A stretch of DNA of 64,000 nucleotides from an uncultured Dyadobacter sp. (GTDB taxonomy: Bacteria; Bacteroidota; Bacteroidia; Cytophagales; Spirosomataceae): the NCBI GenBank assembly GCA_965649915.1, contig CBFGMV010000026.1, positions 14,962 through 78,961 of the forward strand. The letters are read 5' to 3'. Under the pieces are notes generated by a model that was given only the letters and a program-made list of their open reading frames with translations, searched no databases and was not told where the DNA came from. Below are positions 29,310 to 38,968 of this stretch, piece after piece (the first letter of the stretch is position 1; the number at the start of each line of letters is the position of its first letter). Position numbers and translations under genes: made by a program.

Positions 29310-30718
29310 TCGATCCGCTGATAAATGCCCTTCCAGGGGCTGCGGTCATATTGCTTCTTCAATGCCGGAACTCGGTTCAGCAGTTTCGGCATGATATTCA
29401 CCTTATCGATCACGTAATCCGGCGGATCCTTCCTGAAATTGTTGTAGACATGGATTACGCTGTCGAAATTATCCAGGTTTTGTAAATCGTAGCTGGCCAG
29501 CTCCCAGTTGAGATAGGGCGTAGCAGTAAAATTATTGATGTATTCCCCCGAGTTCTGCCCGAGTACGAGTATTCGTTTGTTGCGTATCTGTTCGGGCAAA
29601 TTGGCCGGTTTGGCCCTCAGGTTTTCAAGTTTACCCATCGCAACTCCCGGAAGTACTCCCCTTAATCCCTGATACTGGATCAGGATAATGGCAGCGCCCA
29701 TCAGGGTAAACTGCAATTCATCCGCCCAACTGTTCTTTTTGAAACTCTGGAAATAGTGAGTGGCGAAAAATGCGGCCGGCGGGACAAATATGACGAATTG
29801 CATCGGTGCGAGGAACTGCATCAGGGGAATTGTAAACACTGCTACAATAAACCAGAGCGCCATTACCTGCTGAATCCTGGTCTGATAGTTGACAAACCGG
29901 AGGGTGGTGAATATCCGCATAAAACCCATGATCCCGAAACCCAGCGGGAGGACCAACGACGCCAGAAGGGATGAAAAATCATTGAGATTGTATTGCTTCA
30001 CCTGAAAAACGGATGTAAGCAGGTTGCGGTTCAGGCTTTCGATTCCATTGTTGAGATAGAAAAACAACACGACCATCAGGAGCGGGAAAACAGACCCGAA
30101 CAACCCAAGCAAATGGTGGCGGAATGTAGATCCGGTATAAAACAGCAAAACAAGGAACGCCCAGATCATGAAGAGGGAAGCCGGTAAGTAGAACAACGTA
30201 GCGATCCCGATGTAGAGCCCCAGCTCGAAAACCTGGTTGGTAACTTCTCTTCTCACCAGCATTTTGACGATCGAGCCGAATGCGAAGAGCAGGAATGTGT
30301 TCGCAATGAGCATGGGGGACAACGTCCCCATGTCGAATGAAATGTTCAGAAAAAGTGCGTACAATGCTCCGGGCAGGAAGGTCCGTTCAGGAAAGACGTC
30401 CCGTGAATAGATCACGTAGTTGAAATACAGGATCTGGACGATCGATACTCCCATTGCCGCAAACTGGTAAATCCACTGCGCCCGGCCAAAGAGGCTGTCG
30501 ATGAGCCAGTAAGTCAGCCCCGAAAAGGGGCTCACATTATCCCACACATCCCGGTAAAGCATAAAGCCGCGCCCCATTTGTTCACCGACTAGCATCCAGC
30601 TGAGTTCAGGGATCAGCATAGGTGCCCCACCCAGGAAAAAGGGTAGCCGGAGCAGCAGGAAGAATACGACCAGACTGATGGTCTGATACCGTGCATTGAC
30701 GCGAAAAAAACTAAGCAA
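29306..30718 (-). CDS. Polytopic membrane protein, 470 aa (GT-C glycosyltransferase-like features)
   Basis: About 10 hydrophobic segments; N-terminal loop LYRDVWDNVSP resembles GT-C family loops; soluble C-terminal domain; TTG start. Confidence 0.65.
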   Translation of the reverse strand: MLSFFRVNARYQTISLVVFFLLLRLPFFLGGAPMLIPELSWMLVGEQMGRGFMLYRDVWDNVSPFSGLTYWLIDSLFGRAQWIYQFAAMGVSIVQILYFNYVIYSRDVFPERTFLPGALYALFLNISFDMGTLSPMLIANTFLLFAFGSIVKMLVRREVTNQVFELGLYIGIATLFYLPASLFMIWAFLVLLFYTGSTFRHHLLGLFGSVFPLLMVVLFFYLNNGIESLNRNLLTSVFQVKQYNLNDFSSLLASLVLPLGFGIMGFMRIFTTLRFVNYQTRIQQVMALWFIVAVFTIPLMQFLAPMQFVIFVPPAAFFATHYFQSFKKNSWADELQFTLMGAAIILIQYQGLRGVLPGVAMGKLENLRAKPANLPEQIRNKRILVLGQNSGEYINNFTATPYLNWELASYDLQNLDNFDSVIHVYNNFRKDPPDYVIDKVNIMPKLLNRVPALKKQYDRSPWKGIYQRID

Positions 30719-30923
30719 GAAGCAGCCGGATTATGTCTCTGATGGGAATAAGTTTCACGAAATTACAATGCCGGGTTCTACAAAAACAAAATAAGTATGG
30801 ATATTTGTGCTATTATAGGAGTGAGGGAGTGATTTAGGAGAAGTAAGTTTACATCGTCCTAACTTGCGGAGCAGGAATGGCTAACAAGACAGGCAGTGGT
30901 CCCTCCGGATAACGATTTGACAC

Positions 30924-31307
30924 ATGGAATCTAAAAGACAACAAAAAGTAGGCAGGCAGATACAAAAGGACCTTGGAGAGATTTTCCAGAAGGACGCGCA
31001 ACATCTTACCAGTGGGGCTTTTGTGACGATCACGGCAGTGCGCGTGACGCCTGACCTGAGCATTGCCAGGGCATACCTGAGCTTCCTTCCCGACAGGAAT
31101 AAATCGATGTTACTCGAGACAATCCGGGAAAATACCCGTTTCATACGCCAGAAACTGGCTGAAAGAGTCAGGCATCAGTTGCGGATCGTGCCGCATCTGC
31201 AATTTTATATCGATGACACCGCGGAGTACGCGGCTAAAATGGATCTGCTCTTTTCGGATCTCGTCATTCCCCCCGCTCAGCCCGACGACGAGGAAGAGGC
31301 CAATTGA
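30924..31307 (+). CDS. rbfA: 30S ribosome-binding factor A
   Basis: RQQKVGRQIQKDLGEIF, VRVTPDLSIARAYLS, LRIVPHLQFYID. Confidence 0.96.
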   Translation: MESKRQQKVGRQIQKDLGEIFQKDAQHLTSGAFVTITAVRVTPDLSIARAYLSFLPDRNKSMLLETIRENTRFIRQKLAERVRHQLRIVPHLQFYIDDTAEYAAKMDLLFSDLVIPPAQPDDEEEAN

Positions 31308-31324
31308 TCTGAATCCCGGACGTC

Positions 31325-32551
31325 ATGGATATCTCTTATCGGATTGCCATTCGCTACTTTTTTTCACGTAACAAAAGAAGCTTTATCAGCGTTATCGCGC
31401 GCATCGCCATGGCTGGTGTGGCGGTAGGCACGATGGCTATGGTAGTGGTCCTATCCGTGTTCAACGGGATGGAGGAGCTGAACCGTAAGATATTCAAAAC
31501 CTTCGACGCCGATGTGCGCGTTATCCCTACTGAGGGGAAGCGCTTCAAAATGACCGTGGCTCTTCTCAATGAGGTGAAAAAAACGCGGGGAGTGTTGCGG
31601 GTAACCCAGGTGGTAGAGGACAATGCATTGGCCAGATACGGAAACCAGCAAACAATCGTCCGTTTGAAGGGCGTGGATAGTACTTTTGAAGTGCAGGGGA
31701 ACCTGGACACGGCGATCGTGGAAGGCTCCACACGGCTTTACGGAGGGAACGGTACGCCTTTCGCAGTGATCGCGGAGGGTGTCAGAAATGCGTTGTCGAT
31801 TTCGCTGGAGGACGTTTTTACACCGCTGGAATTACTTTACCCGCGCACTGGAAGTAAAACACTGAACCTGACATCACCGGAAGCATTTAATCAGCTGACA
31901 TTACGTCCCGGTGGTATTTTCTTCATCGAAACGCGCTACGATGACTACGTGATCGCGCCGATCAGGCAGGTGGAAGAGCTGATGCAATACCAGGGAAGCC
32001 GCTCCGCACTCGAAATTTATGTGGAGCCCGGTTATACCGAAGCCGATGTGGCGGAAGCATTGCAAGCTGTTTTAGGCAACCGGTTTACGGTCAAAGACAG
32101 GGATTCGCTGAACGCCGATTTGTTGCGGGCAATAAAAATGGAAAAGCTTTTTGTAGCAGTCACGCTATCCCTCATTATTTTAGTGGCCGCAATCAATATA
32201 TTCTTCTCATTGAGCATGTTGGCCATTGAAAAGAAGAAGGACGTTTCAATGCTCTATGCCATGGGCGCGACGCCATCCCTGATCCGGAAAATATTCATGG
32301 CTGAGGGGGCGATCGTTGCACTGTCGGGTTCCGTTGCGGGGCTGTTGGGAGGGATGGCTATATGCTGGCTGCAGATTCGTTACGGTCTGGTATCAATGGG
32401 TATGACCACCTCGCTGGTCGATGCCTATCCGGTTAAATTAATATGGGAAGACATACTCTACACAGGGATTATTGTCGTTATGATAACTATGGCTGTTTCC
32501 TACATACCCGCGCGCAGGGCGGCAGATGCCGGTGCATTATTGCGGGTCTGA
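31325..32551 (+). CDS. LolC/E-family ABC permease (single FtsX unit), 408 aa
   Basis: IAIRYFFS, VVVLSVFNGM, EKKKDVSMLYAMGA, SYIPARRA; follows rbfA as is common in Bacteroidota. Confidence 0.85.
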   Translation: MDISYRIAIRYFFSRNKRSFISVIARIAMAGVAVGTMAMVVVLSVFNGMEELNRKIFKTFDADVRVIPTEGKRFKMTVALLNEVKKTRGVLRVTQVVEDNALARYGNQQTIVRLKGVDSTFEVQGNLDTAIVEGSTRLYGGNGTPFAVIAEGVRNALSISLEDVFTPLELLYPRTGSKTLNLTSPEAFNQLTLRPGGIFFIETRYDDYVIAPIRQVEELMQYQGSRSALEIYVEPGYTEADVAEALQAVLGNRFTVKDRDSLNADLLRAIKMEKLFVAVTLSLIILVAAINIFFSLSMLAIEKKKDVSMLYAMGATPSLIRKIFMAEGAIVALSGSVAGLLGGMAICWLQIRYGLVSMGMTTSLVDAYPVKLIWEDILYTGIIVVMITMAVSYIPARRAADAGALLRV

Positions 32552-32628
32552 TATGTTTTGGAGCGGAAACAAAGAACATTAACTGAATTACATTGACTTA
32601 CTTCCTGGCAATCAATCACACAATAAAC

Positions 32629-35223
32629 ATGACCGGTTATCATAAAGGACTTTTTTGGAACCGATTGATCTTCACTTTTTTTGGTTTTTTACTCTTTCTG
32701 TCATTCAGCGTACAGGCGGCAGCCAGCGATAAAGCCGATACATTATTCAGACGAAATCCTGGAACAGTAACGCCAAAAGGGCCTTACCGCCCGGAACGCG
32801 CGAAAAGAAACGACATTCTTTACACCCGGCTGGATGTCCGGTTTGATTGGGTAAAGCAGCAGGTGCCCGCGTCTGCCATCCTGAAATTCAAACCCCATTT
32901 TTATCCCCAGAATACACTAGAGCTGGATGCGAAAGGTTTTGATATCAAAGCCGTTGCATTGATGGATACAAATGGCAATTATGGCGATCTTTCTGCGGCG
33001 GAAATCAACTCGAAGACTAAAAAGAAGCTCGAATATAGCTACGACAAGCGAAAGCTCGTCATCAAGCTGGGGCAGGAGTATACCAGAAAGGACACGCTTT
33101 TTGTGAAAATAGACTACGTAGCCCGCCCCAACGATGTGCCCAGGGGCAAAGCCGATGACAGCGCCTCCGATAAGGGGTTATACTTTATCAATGCCGATGG
33201 CCTCGATGAAGGCAAACCGCGCCAGATATGGACCCAGGGCGAGACGGAAGGCAGCTCCTGCTGGTTCCCTACGATCGATGCGCCGAACCAGAAATTTACA
33301 CAGGATATTTATATGACCGTCGACAGCACCTACAAAACGCTTTCGAACGGCTTGCTGATCGGGCAGCAAGAGGGCGAAAAGGGTGTTCGCACTGACCATT
33401 GGAGGCAGTCGTTGCCGCACGCACCCTACCTGGTGATGATGGCGGTGGGCGACTTCGCCGTTACAAAAGATATGATGCCGAATGGGTTGGAGCTAAGCTA
33501 CTACGTGGAGCCCAAATATGCGGCCGATGCTGAGGCTATTTTTGGCCGCACTCCCGAGATGATCGGCTTCTTTTCCAATGTGTTCGGCGTGCCATTTCCG
33601 TGGGAAAAGTACAGCCAGATCGCCGTGCGTGATTTCGTAGCAGGCGCGATGGAAAATACTACAGCCACCGTGCATGAAGAGGGAGTACAGAATGATACCC
33701 GTTCACTGGTCGATGGAAATTCAGACGCTGTGATCGCTCACGAACTGGCACACCATTGGTTTGGCGACTATGTTACGGCCGAGGAATGGGGGCAATTGCC
33801 ATTGAATGAATCGTTTGCCAACTACTCTGAGTATCTGTGGAGCGAGTACAACGACGGCCGGTATGAGGCCGACTGGGGTAACTTGCAGGAATTGAAGGAA
33901 TACCTGACCGAGTCGGAAACGAAACAGGTCCCGATGATCCGGTACTTTTATAAGGACCGCGAGAATATGTTCGATAGCCACTCGTACGCGAAGGGCGGTC
34001 GCATTCTGCACATGTTGCGCACGTATGTAGGTGACGACGCGTTTTTTGCCTCACTTCAAATGTACCTGAAAACAAATGCCCTCGGGACCGCGGAAATCGA
34101 TGATCTCAGAATGGCATTTGAAAAAGTAACCGGGCAGGATCTTAACTGGTTCTTTGATCAGTGGTTTCACAGGCCCGGACATCCTGTTTTGAAAATACAA
34201 CAGGAGTATGCGGCTACGACGGGCAAAGTGTTGTTGAAAATCAAGCAGGCACAGGATACCCTTGCCACGACGGTTTATCGCTTGCCGCTTAAAGTGGATG
34301 TGTGGGTAGGAGGGAAGAAGAACCGCTATGATGTGGTGTTGGAAAAAGCCAGCCAAACCCTTGAATTTCCGGCTGCGAAAAAGCCCGACCTGGTCATTTT
34401 TGATGCCGAAGCGCAGTTGCTCGGCGTAATAGAGCATGAAAAGAATCGTCCGGAAATGGCATTCCAGTATCTGAACTCGGATCGCTTTTTACATAAATAT
34501 GAAGCACTTTCATCGTTGGAGGGAGGACTTGCCGACAGTACTGTCAAGAATATCCTGGTGAAAGCCATGGAAGATCCGTTCTGGAAATTCCGCCAGATGG
34601 CAATCAGTAACTTTGCCGAATATGATGGCGCCGGGTTTGCCGATATCGAAAAGGTGATCCAGAGCAGGGCGCGGATCGACGCGCATCCGCAGGTCCGGTC
34701 GGAGGCCATTATCACATTGGCGTCATTCGGAGACAACAACAGCGATCCGATCTTTCGGGAAGCATTGAGCGACAGTTCCTACCTGGTGGTATCGGTTGCC
34801 ATTGAAAAATACCTGATGGGGCAACCCAACGACGCTAATGAAATTGCGGCTCAATTCGAAAATTCCCCGAATGACGCCATTGTTACGTCCGTCGGCAACT
34901 ATTATGCGGGCCTGGCCCAGCCGGAGCGGTTTGATTGGTTTTTAGCCAAAATGAAGGCGATGAAGCCGACCGAAAAGTATAATTTTCTGCAAGTTTTCGG
35001 TAAATACCTGATCAAGTCAAAACAAGATATTCAGCGTAAGAGCATCCCAATCCTCGAAGGGCTCGCCCGGGACAATCCATCTTACTTCGTGCGTTTCGGA
35101 GCATTCCAGGCGCTTGGTTTGCTTACCGACATTCAGGGTGTGTCTGCGCTTCGCAAGGACATCCGTGCGAAAGAAACAGAACCCAAGCTGAAAGAGATGT
35201 ACAGTCAGTTCGGCGATCTGTAA
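32629..35223 (+). CDS. M1 family aminopeptidase with C-terminal HEAT-like region, ~864 aa
   Basis: GAMEN and HELAHHWFG-x-NESFANYSE motifs; signal peptide. Confidence 0.92.
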   Translation: MTGYHKGLFWNRLIFTFFGFLLFLSFSVQAAASDKADTLFRRNPGTVTPKGPYRPERAKRNDILYTRLDVRFDWVKQQVPASAILKFKPHFYPQNTLELDAKGFDIKAVALMDTNGNYGDLSAAEINSKTKKKLEYSYDKRKLVIKLGQEYTRKDTLFVKIDYVARPNDVPRGKADDSASDKGLYFINADGLDEGKPRQIWTQGETEGSSCWFPTIDAPNQKFTQDIYMTVDSTYKTLSNGLLIGQQEGEKGVRTDHWRQSLPHAPYLVMMAVGDFAVTKDMMPNGLELSYYVEPKYAADAEAIFGRTPEMIGFFSNVFGVPFPWEKYSQIAVRDFVAGAMENTTATVHEEGVQNDTRSLVDGNSDAVIAHELAHHWFGDYVTAEEWGQLPLNESFANYSEYLWSEYNDGRYEADWGNLQELKEYLTESETKQVPMIRYFYKDRENMFDSHSYAKGGRILHMLRTYVGDDAFFASLQMYLKTNALGTAEIDDLRMAFEKVTGQDLNWFFDQWFHRPGHPVLKIQQEYAATTGKVLLKIKQAQDTLATTVYRLPLKVDVWVGGKKNRYDVVLEKASQTLEFPAAKKPDLVIFDAEAQLLGVIEHEKNRPEMAFQYLNSDRFLHKYEALSSLEGGLADSTVKNILVKAMEDPFWKFRQMAISNFAEYDGAGFADIEKVIQSRARIDAHPQVRSEAIITLASFGDNNSDPIFREALSDSSYLVVSVAIEKYLMGQPNDANEIAAQFENSPNDAIVTSVGNYYAGLAQPERFDWFLAKMKAMKPTEKYNFLQVFGKYLIKSKQDIQRKSIPILEGLARDNPSYFVRFGAFQALGLLTDIQGVSALRKDIRAKETEPKLKEMYSQFGDL

Positions 35224-35257
35224 ATAGCGGGAGGCATTGCAGCCTCCCCTGAGGAGA

Positions 35258-36322
35258 TCATTGCGGATCCAGGTAATAATCCAGGTTTTCCTTGGTAATA
35301 ATGTCGAGCGGGAGGAATTTGATATCAGGAATCTCCTTCTTGAAAATCAGGTGGTTGGCCAGCTGATGAATTCCCCAATAGCCCTGTCCCAATGGGTTCT
35401 GATTGATCAGAAAATCGATAACCCCTTTATTGAGATACTGCTGATTGTGCTCAATCAGGTCATATCCGACCAGTTTGATATCCGTTAATGCATTCTTTTC
35501 CAGGTAGGCTGCCACCTGAAATGCCTTGGAGTTGGTCACGTATACTGCCCCAAGGTCCGGATACTTCTCCCGTATCACATCAAGTTGTGCGTCGGGGCCT
35601 TCTTCTTCCGGGAAATTGATTTCCTGACTGATGACCTTGAATGTACCTTCCAGATTTTCTCCTTTGAAGTAATTCCGGAAGCCTTCTTCCTTGGTGATCA
35701 GGTGGGCAGAGTTCGAGATATCCTCATTGACATGTGCCACGAGCACCGTGCCGGGCTTATGTAGCCCGAAACGCAGTATTTTGGCCGCCAGCGACCCGCT
35801 CCGGTACGAATCCTGACCTATATAGCATAGCGGCGCTACGTGCTCGATCTGCGTGTTGAACAACACATAGGGAATGTTCAGATCAGCCCACTCTTTAAAA
35901 AATGGCAGTGCTTCCTTGTAAAAGATAGGGGCGATCAGCAGACCGTCGGGATGGTCGCGGCTGATTTCCTTTGCTTTGGCGATGAAGGACTGCTCTTCGT
36001 GCGAGTTGAAAATGAATTTCGTGACGTGGACCCCGTATTGCCTGAGTTCTTTTTCCGCTTTTTCGACCCCGTTATGTGGTGCTTCCCAATAGGAGTCGAG
36101 GTTTGGATCCGGGATAATCGCAGCAAGATTGAATGCACGTTGCGATTTGAGTGACTGGGCAATCAGGTTGGGCTCATAGTTCAATTCCTTGATAATGGCC
36201 AGGATCCGCTCCCGGACATCGTCGGCTACTCTTCCACGGTTATGTAAAACGCGGTCAACAGTCCCTTTGGAAGTCTGGGCCCTTTCTGCTATATCTTTAA
36301 TTCTGACGATTTTCTTTTTCAC
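35258..36322 (-). CDS. LacI-family transcriptional regulator, 354 aa
   Basis: RIKDIAERAQTSKGTVDRVLHNRGRV HTH, YEPN..A..L hinge, periplasmic-binding-type domain; GTG start. Confidence 0.93.
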   Translation of the reverse strand: MKKKIVRIKDIAERAQTSKGTVDRVLHNRGRVADDVRERILAIIKELNYEPNLIAQSLKSQRAFNLAAIIPDPNLDSYWEAPHNGVEKAEKELRQYGVHVTKFIFNSHEEQSFIAKAKEISRDHPDGLLIAPIFYKEALPFFKEWADLNIPYVLFNTQIEHVAPLCYIGQDSYRSGSLAAKILRFGLHKPGTVLVAHVNEDISNSAHLITKEEGFRNYFKGENLEGTFKVISQEINFPEEEGPDAQLDVIREKYPDLGAVYVTNSKAFQVAAYLEKNALTDIKLVGYDLIEHNQQYLNKGVIDFLINQNPLGQGYWGIHQLANHLIFKKEIPDIKFLPLDIITKENLDYYLDPQ

Positions 36323-36524
36323 ACGTAACTAATATTCAGGAGTATATTTCGGTATTAATTAACAAAACTAACAAGTAATTGTGAACATGGGTAATGGGTC
36401 GTGATCTAGCGAAAGTCGACTATTTAATACAAAATTTTTCAAATTTTTTTTATAATAAATTTGAGATTGTGACGGTGAGGCCTTAGTTTTACCTGGCCAA
36501 AAATAACTAGTTGTTATTACTGAC

Positions 36525-36567
36525 GTGTACGAGCCCGGCCGGTGTTTTAGAGTGCGTGTTCGAACAC
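36525..36567. promoter_or_regulatory. Candidate LacI operators
   Basis: Perfect 12-bp palindrome GTGTTCGAACAC (36556-36567) with central CG, and degenerate GTGTACGAGCCC (36525-36536), in the region divergent from lacI. Confidence 0.6.
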
Positions 36568-36616
36568 TTTTTTAAATTTTGCTAGGAAAAACCAATTTGG
36601 CAAGTAATTTTGTAAA

Positions 36617-36742
36617 TAAGATAAGAAAGAAAATTTTATTCTTTAATACTCCTAACCTTTAACCTTTTCAGGAATTCATTTATTGAAATTCCTCTAATCC
36701 TAAACCTGCAAAGCGCGCGAACATCGTTTCGTGCGCTTTTTT
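36617..36742 (+). ncRNA. Candidate small RNA (5' end uncertain, ~36497 or ~36617)
   Basis: Two + strand Bacteroidota-type promoters, no ATG ORF, internal hairpin AGGAATT/AATTCCT, and a terminator whose U6 tail is on the + strand. Confidence 0.4.
36710..36742 (+). terminator. Intrinsic terminator, stronger on +
   Basis: AAAGCGCGCGAA-CATCGT-TTCGTGCGCTTT with T6 on + and only T3 on -. Confidence 0.75.
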
Positions 36743-36747
36743 GCTTA

Positions 36748-37803
36748 TCACGGCAGCATGAAATCCACTACCACATGGTCGCTGTCCACATAGGACGAGC
36801 AGGTCAGTATCCATCCTTCGGCCAGGTCGCGGTCGGTCAGCACTTCATTGACGCTCATATGTATACCCCCGGTTTTGCAGATCGCGGCACATGTTGAGCA
36901 CCGCCCGCCTTTGCAGCTGTAAGGCAATTGGATACCATTGGCCAGGGCAGCGTCCAGAATAGTCGAATGCGCCGGTACGTGCAGATCATAGGCCGACGCC
37001 CGGAAATGGAGTTTGATATCGTGCGGGAAGGAATCCGGGGGCGGTGGCGGTGGTGAAATAATGACGAAATTCTCCTTCCGGATCTGTGCAGTTTGAAAAC
37101 CCATGAAATGCAAGGTGATTTCGGCCGACCGCATCAGATCAAACGGCCCGCAAATGTAAAAGCGTGCTTCGGACTGGTTGAATCGCAGTGATTGCCCGAC
37201 GAGCTGTTCCAGTCGGGTATTGTTGATCCTGCCCCTGATCCCGTTCCATTCGTCGGAGGGCTGGCTGTGAATGTGAATTACCCGTAGCCGCTCCGGATAG
37301 CGCGACTGCCAATGGATAATCTGCGTCCAGAAAAGGGTGTTCCGTACATTGCGGCTGGCATATATCAGCGTAACCTGTGCGCCGGGCTCGTGGGTCAATG
37401 CGTCTTTCATGATGGCAAACAGGGGCGTGATCCCGCTGCCGGCGCCAATCAGCACGATATCGCGCGGCAGGTTGTCCGGGGCCGTTTCCAGTGTGAACCG
37501 GCCCGACGGCGCAAGTGCCTTAAAGGTCGCTCCGACCTGCACGGTATCGATCCAGAAGCGGGATATTTCGCCGTTTGCCACACGCTTGACAGTGATGGAA
37601 GGGAATGGATCGACTCCCGGGGCTGAGCTCATAGAATAGGACCGCCGTACCTCATGTCCGTGCATTTCAATCAGAAAGGTCAGGAACTGCCCGGCCTTGT
37701 AGCGGAATGGCTCGTTTGGCGCCGTTTCAAAAACAAATGTTTTGGTGTCGTCGCTTTCCCGGATGATCTCCCTGACACGCAGTTGGATGGTGTTGTCGGT
37801 CAT
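36748..37803 (-). CDS. FAD/NAD(P)-binding reductase with C-terminal 2Fe-2S ferredoxin (PaaE/KshB-like), 351 aa
   Basis: GQF, RRSYS, GAGSGITP, YICGP, and CKGGRCSTC...LTC. Confidence 0.92.
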   Translation of the reverse strand: MTDNTIQLRVREIIRESDDTKTFVFETAPNEPFRYKAGQFLTFLIEMHGHEVRRSYSMSSAPGVDPFPSITVKRVANGEISRFWIDTVQVGATFKALAPSGRFTLETAPDNLPRDIVLIGAGSGITPLFAIMKDALTHEPGAQVTLIYASRNVRNTLFWTQIIHWQSRYPERLRVIHIHSQPSDEWNGIRGRINNTRLEQLVGQSLRFNQSEARFYICGPFDLMRSAEITLHFMGFQTAQIRKENFVIISPPPPPPDSFPHDIKLHFRASAYDLHVPAHSTILDAALANGIQLPYSCKGGRCSTCAAICKTGGIHMSVNEVLTDRDLAEGWILTCSSYVDSDHVVVDFMLP

Positions 37804-38888
37804 GTGTGTTGGTTTTGTTCTATCGACAATGCTTCATACTCCGCCAGTAATGTCCAGCAATGCGCTTCACAGGTCCAGTGCATGTGAAAGAGCGGATGGT
37901 GCGAAAGCCTGTAAAGCAATGGGTTTTCGTAAGCCGTAAGCAAGCCGGCAATAAAAAAGTAGAAACCTTTGAAATCCTGGTTCGTAAAGTCTTCCACCGG
38001 AATGCGGGTGGTCTCAACGCCAAGCCTGATCAGCGAAGTAGACAGAATGACCCGGTCCATCCGGTGCTGTGTAGCGGAAAGCAGCATTAAGGTGTCCTCA
38101 ATCAGCTTTTTACGGATGGCCTGTAATGGGGGCGGGTTAAATGCGGCGATTAGTCTGGCGACGTGGTAAATGATCAATGGCGTGCGGGGGTACTGGTGTG
38201 CGCACCGGAAAGGGGCGTCCAGATACCGCCCGGTTTCGATCACGGATCGGATATAGGCCAGGGTGGCATCGTCGTGGTGGTTCCAGGGTAATTTGTAATG
38301 CAGAATGCAGTACATGATATTGCTGAGGACGCTCACATCAAATTCGATGTACATGTTTTTCCCAAACCAGGTCGAATAGGCTTTAAGCGACCGGTATTCC
38401 GGATAAGTGTTCCTGATCCATTGCTTGCTGCCGTTCGCATGGAGCGCCAGTTTTTCTTTCAGCCACAAAAGCTCTTCACGTGTAGGCGTGGTCGTCAGGT
38501 AAGCGAAGGCCGTGTCGTCGATGTCGTCCGGAATCCGGAAATGTTCCAGGTGCCTGAAAATGTAACCGTTGGAGAAATGCATCGACGGCCTGGTTTTCCA
38601 GAAGTTGTAGGTCTTGAGTCCATCTTTGTTTTGAAATTCTGAGAAATTGGCGGTGATGCCGTCGCAGACCTGGTTAATGAGCCTACGGGTTTCCTCATCG
38701 CAATACTTGTGAATGGATCGCAAGGTGAATCCGATAATGGCGGAGAAGAACATTGTCGTGTCATCACGCCGGTAACCGATTATTTCGTTGGTCCGTTGCG
38801 CAGGGAACAGTCCTTTGGGAAATATTGCGTTGCCCGGTGACTGTAAAGCACCGATCCGGTCGATAAACTCCTGCAACGTTTGCTTCAT
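37800..38888 (-). CDS. Stand-alone class II terpene cyclase / prenyltransferase beta-domain-like protein, 362 aa
   Basis: PDDIDDTA (DxDDTA), QW-like QNKDGLKTYNFW, DVSVLSNIM and Y...YPRTPLIIYHVARL segments; the stop overlaps the reductase ATG (ATGA). Confidence 0.6.
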   Translation of the reverse strand: MKQTLQEFIDRIGALQSPGNAIFPKGLFPAQRTNEIIGYRRDDTTMFFSAIIGFTLRSIHKYCDEETRRLINQVCDGITANFSEFQNKDGLKTYNFWKTRPSMHFSNGYIFRHLEHFRIPDDIDDTAFAYLTTTPTREELLWLKEKLALHANGSKQWIRNTYPEYRSLKAYSTWFGKNMYIEFDVSVLSNIMYCILHYKLPWNHHDDATLAYIRSVIETGRYLDAPFRCAHQYPRTPLIIYHVARLIAAFNPPPLQAIRKKLIEDTLMLLSATQHRMDRVILSTSLIRLGVETTRIPVEDFTNQDFKGFYFFIAGLLTAYENPLLYRLSHHPLFHMHWTCEAHCWTLLAEYEALSIEQNQHT

Positions 38889-38912
38889 GCGCCGAAACTA
38901 ACAAAACACATT

Positions 38913-38949
38913 AAAAAAAGAAACCCTGCCGCATTCCCGGCAGGGTTTC
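38913..38949 (-). terminator. Intrinsic terminator of nfuA-like gene
   Basis: GAAACCCTGCCG / CGGCAGGGTTTC 12-bp stem with an A7 run on + (U tail on -). Confidence 0.85.
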
Positions 38950-38968
38950 CATTAAGTATGAAAAACCT

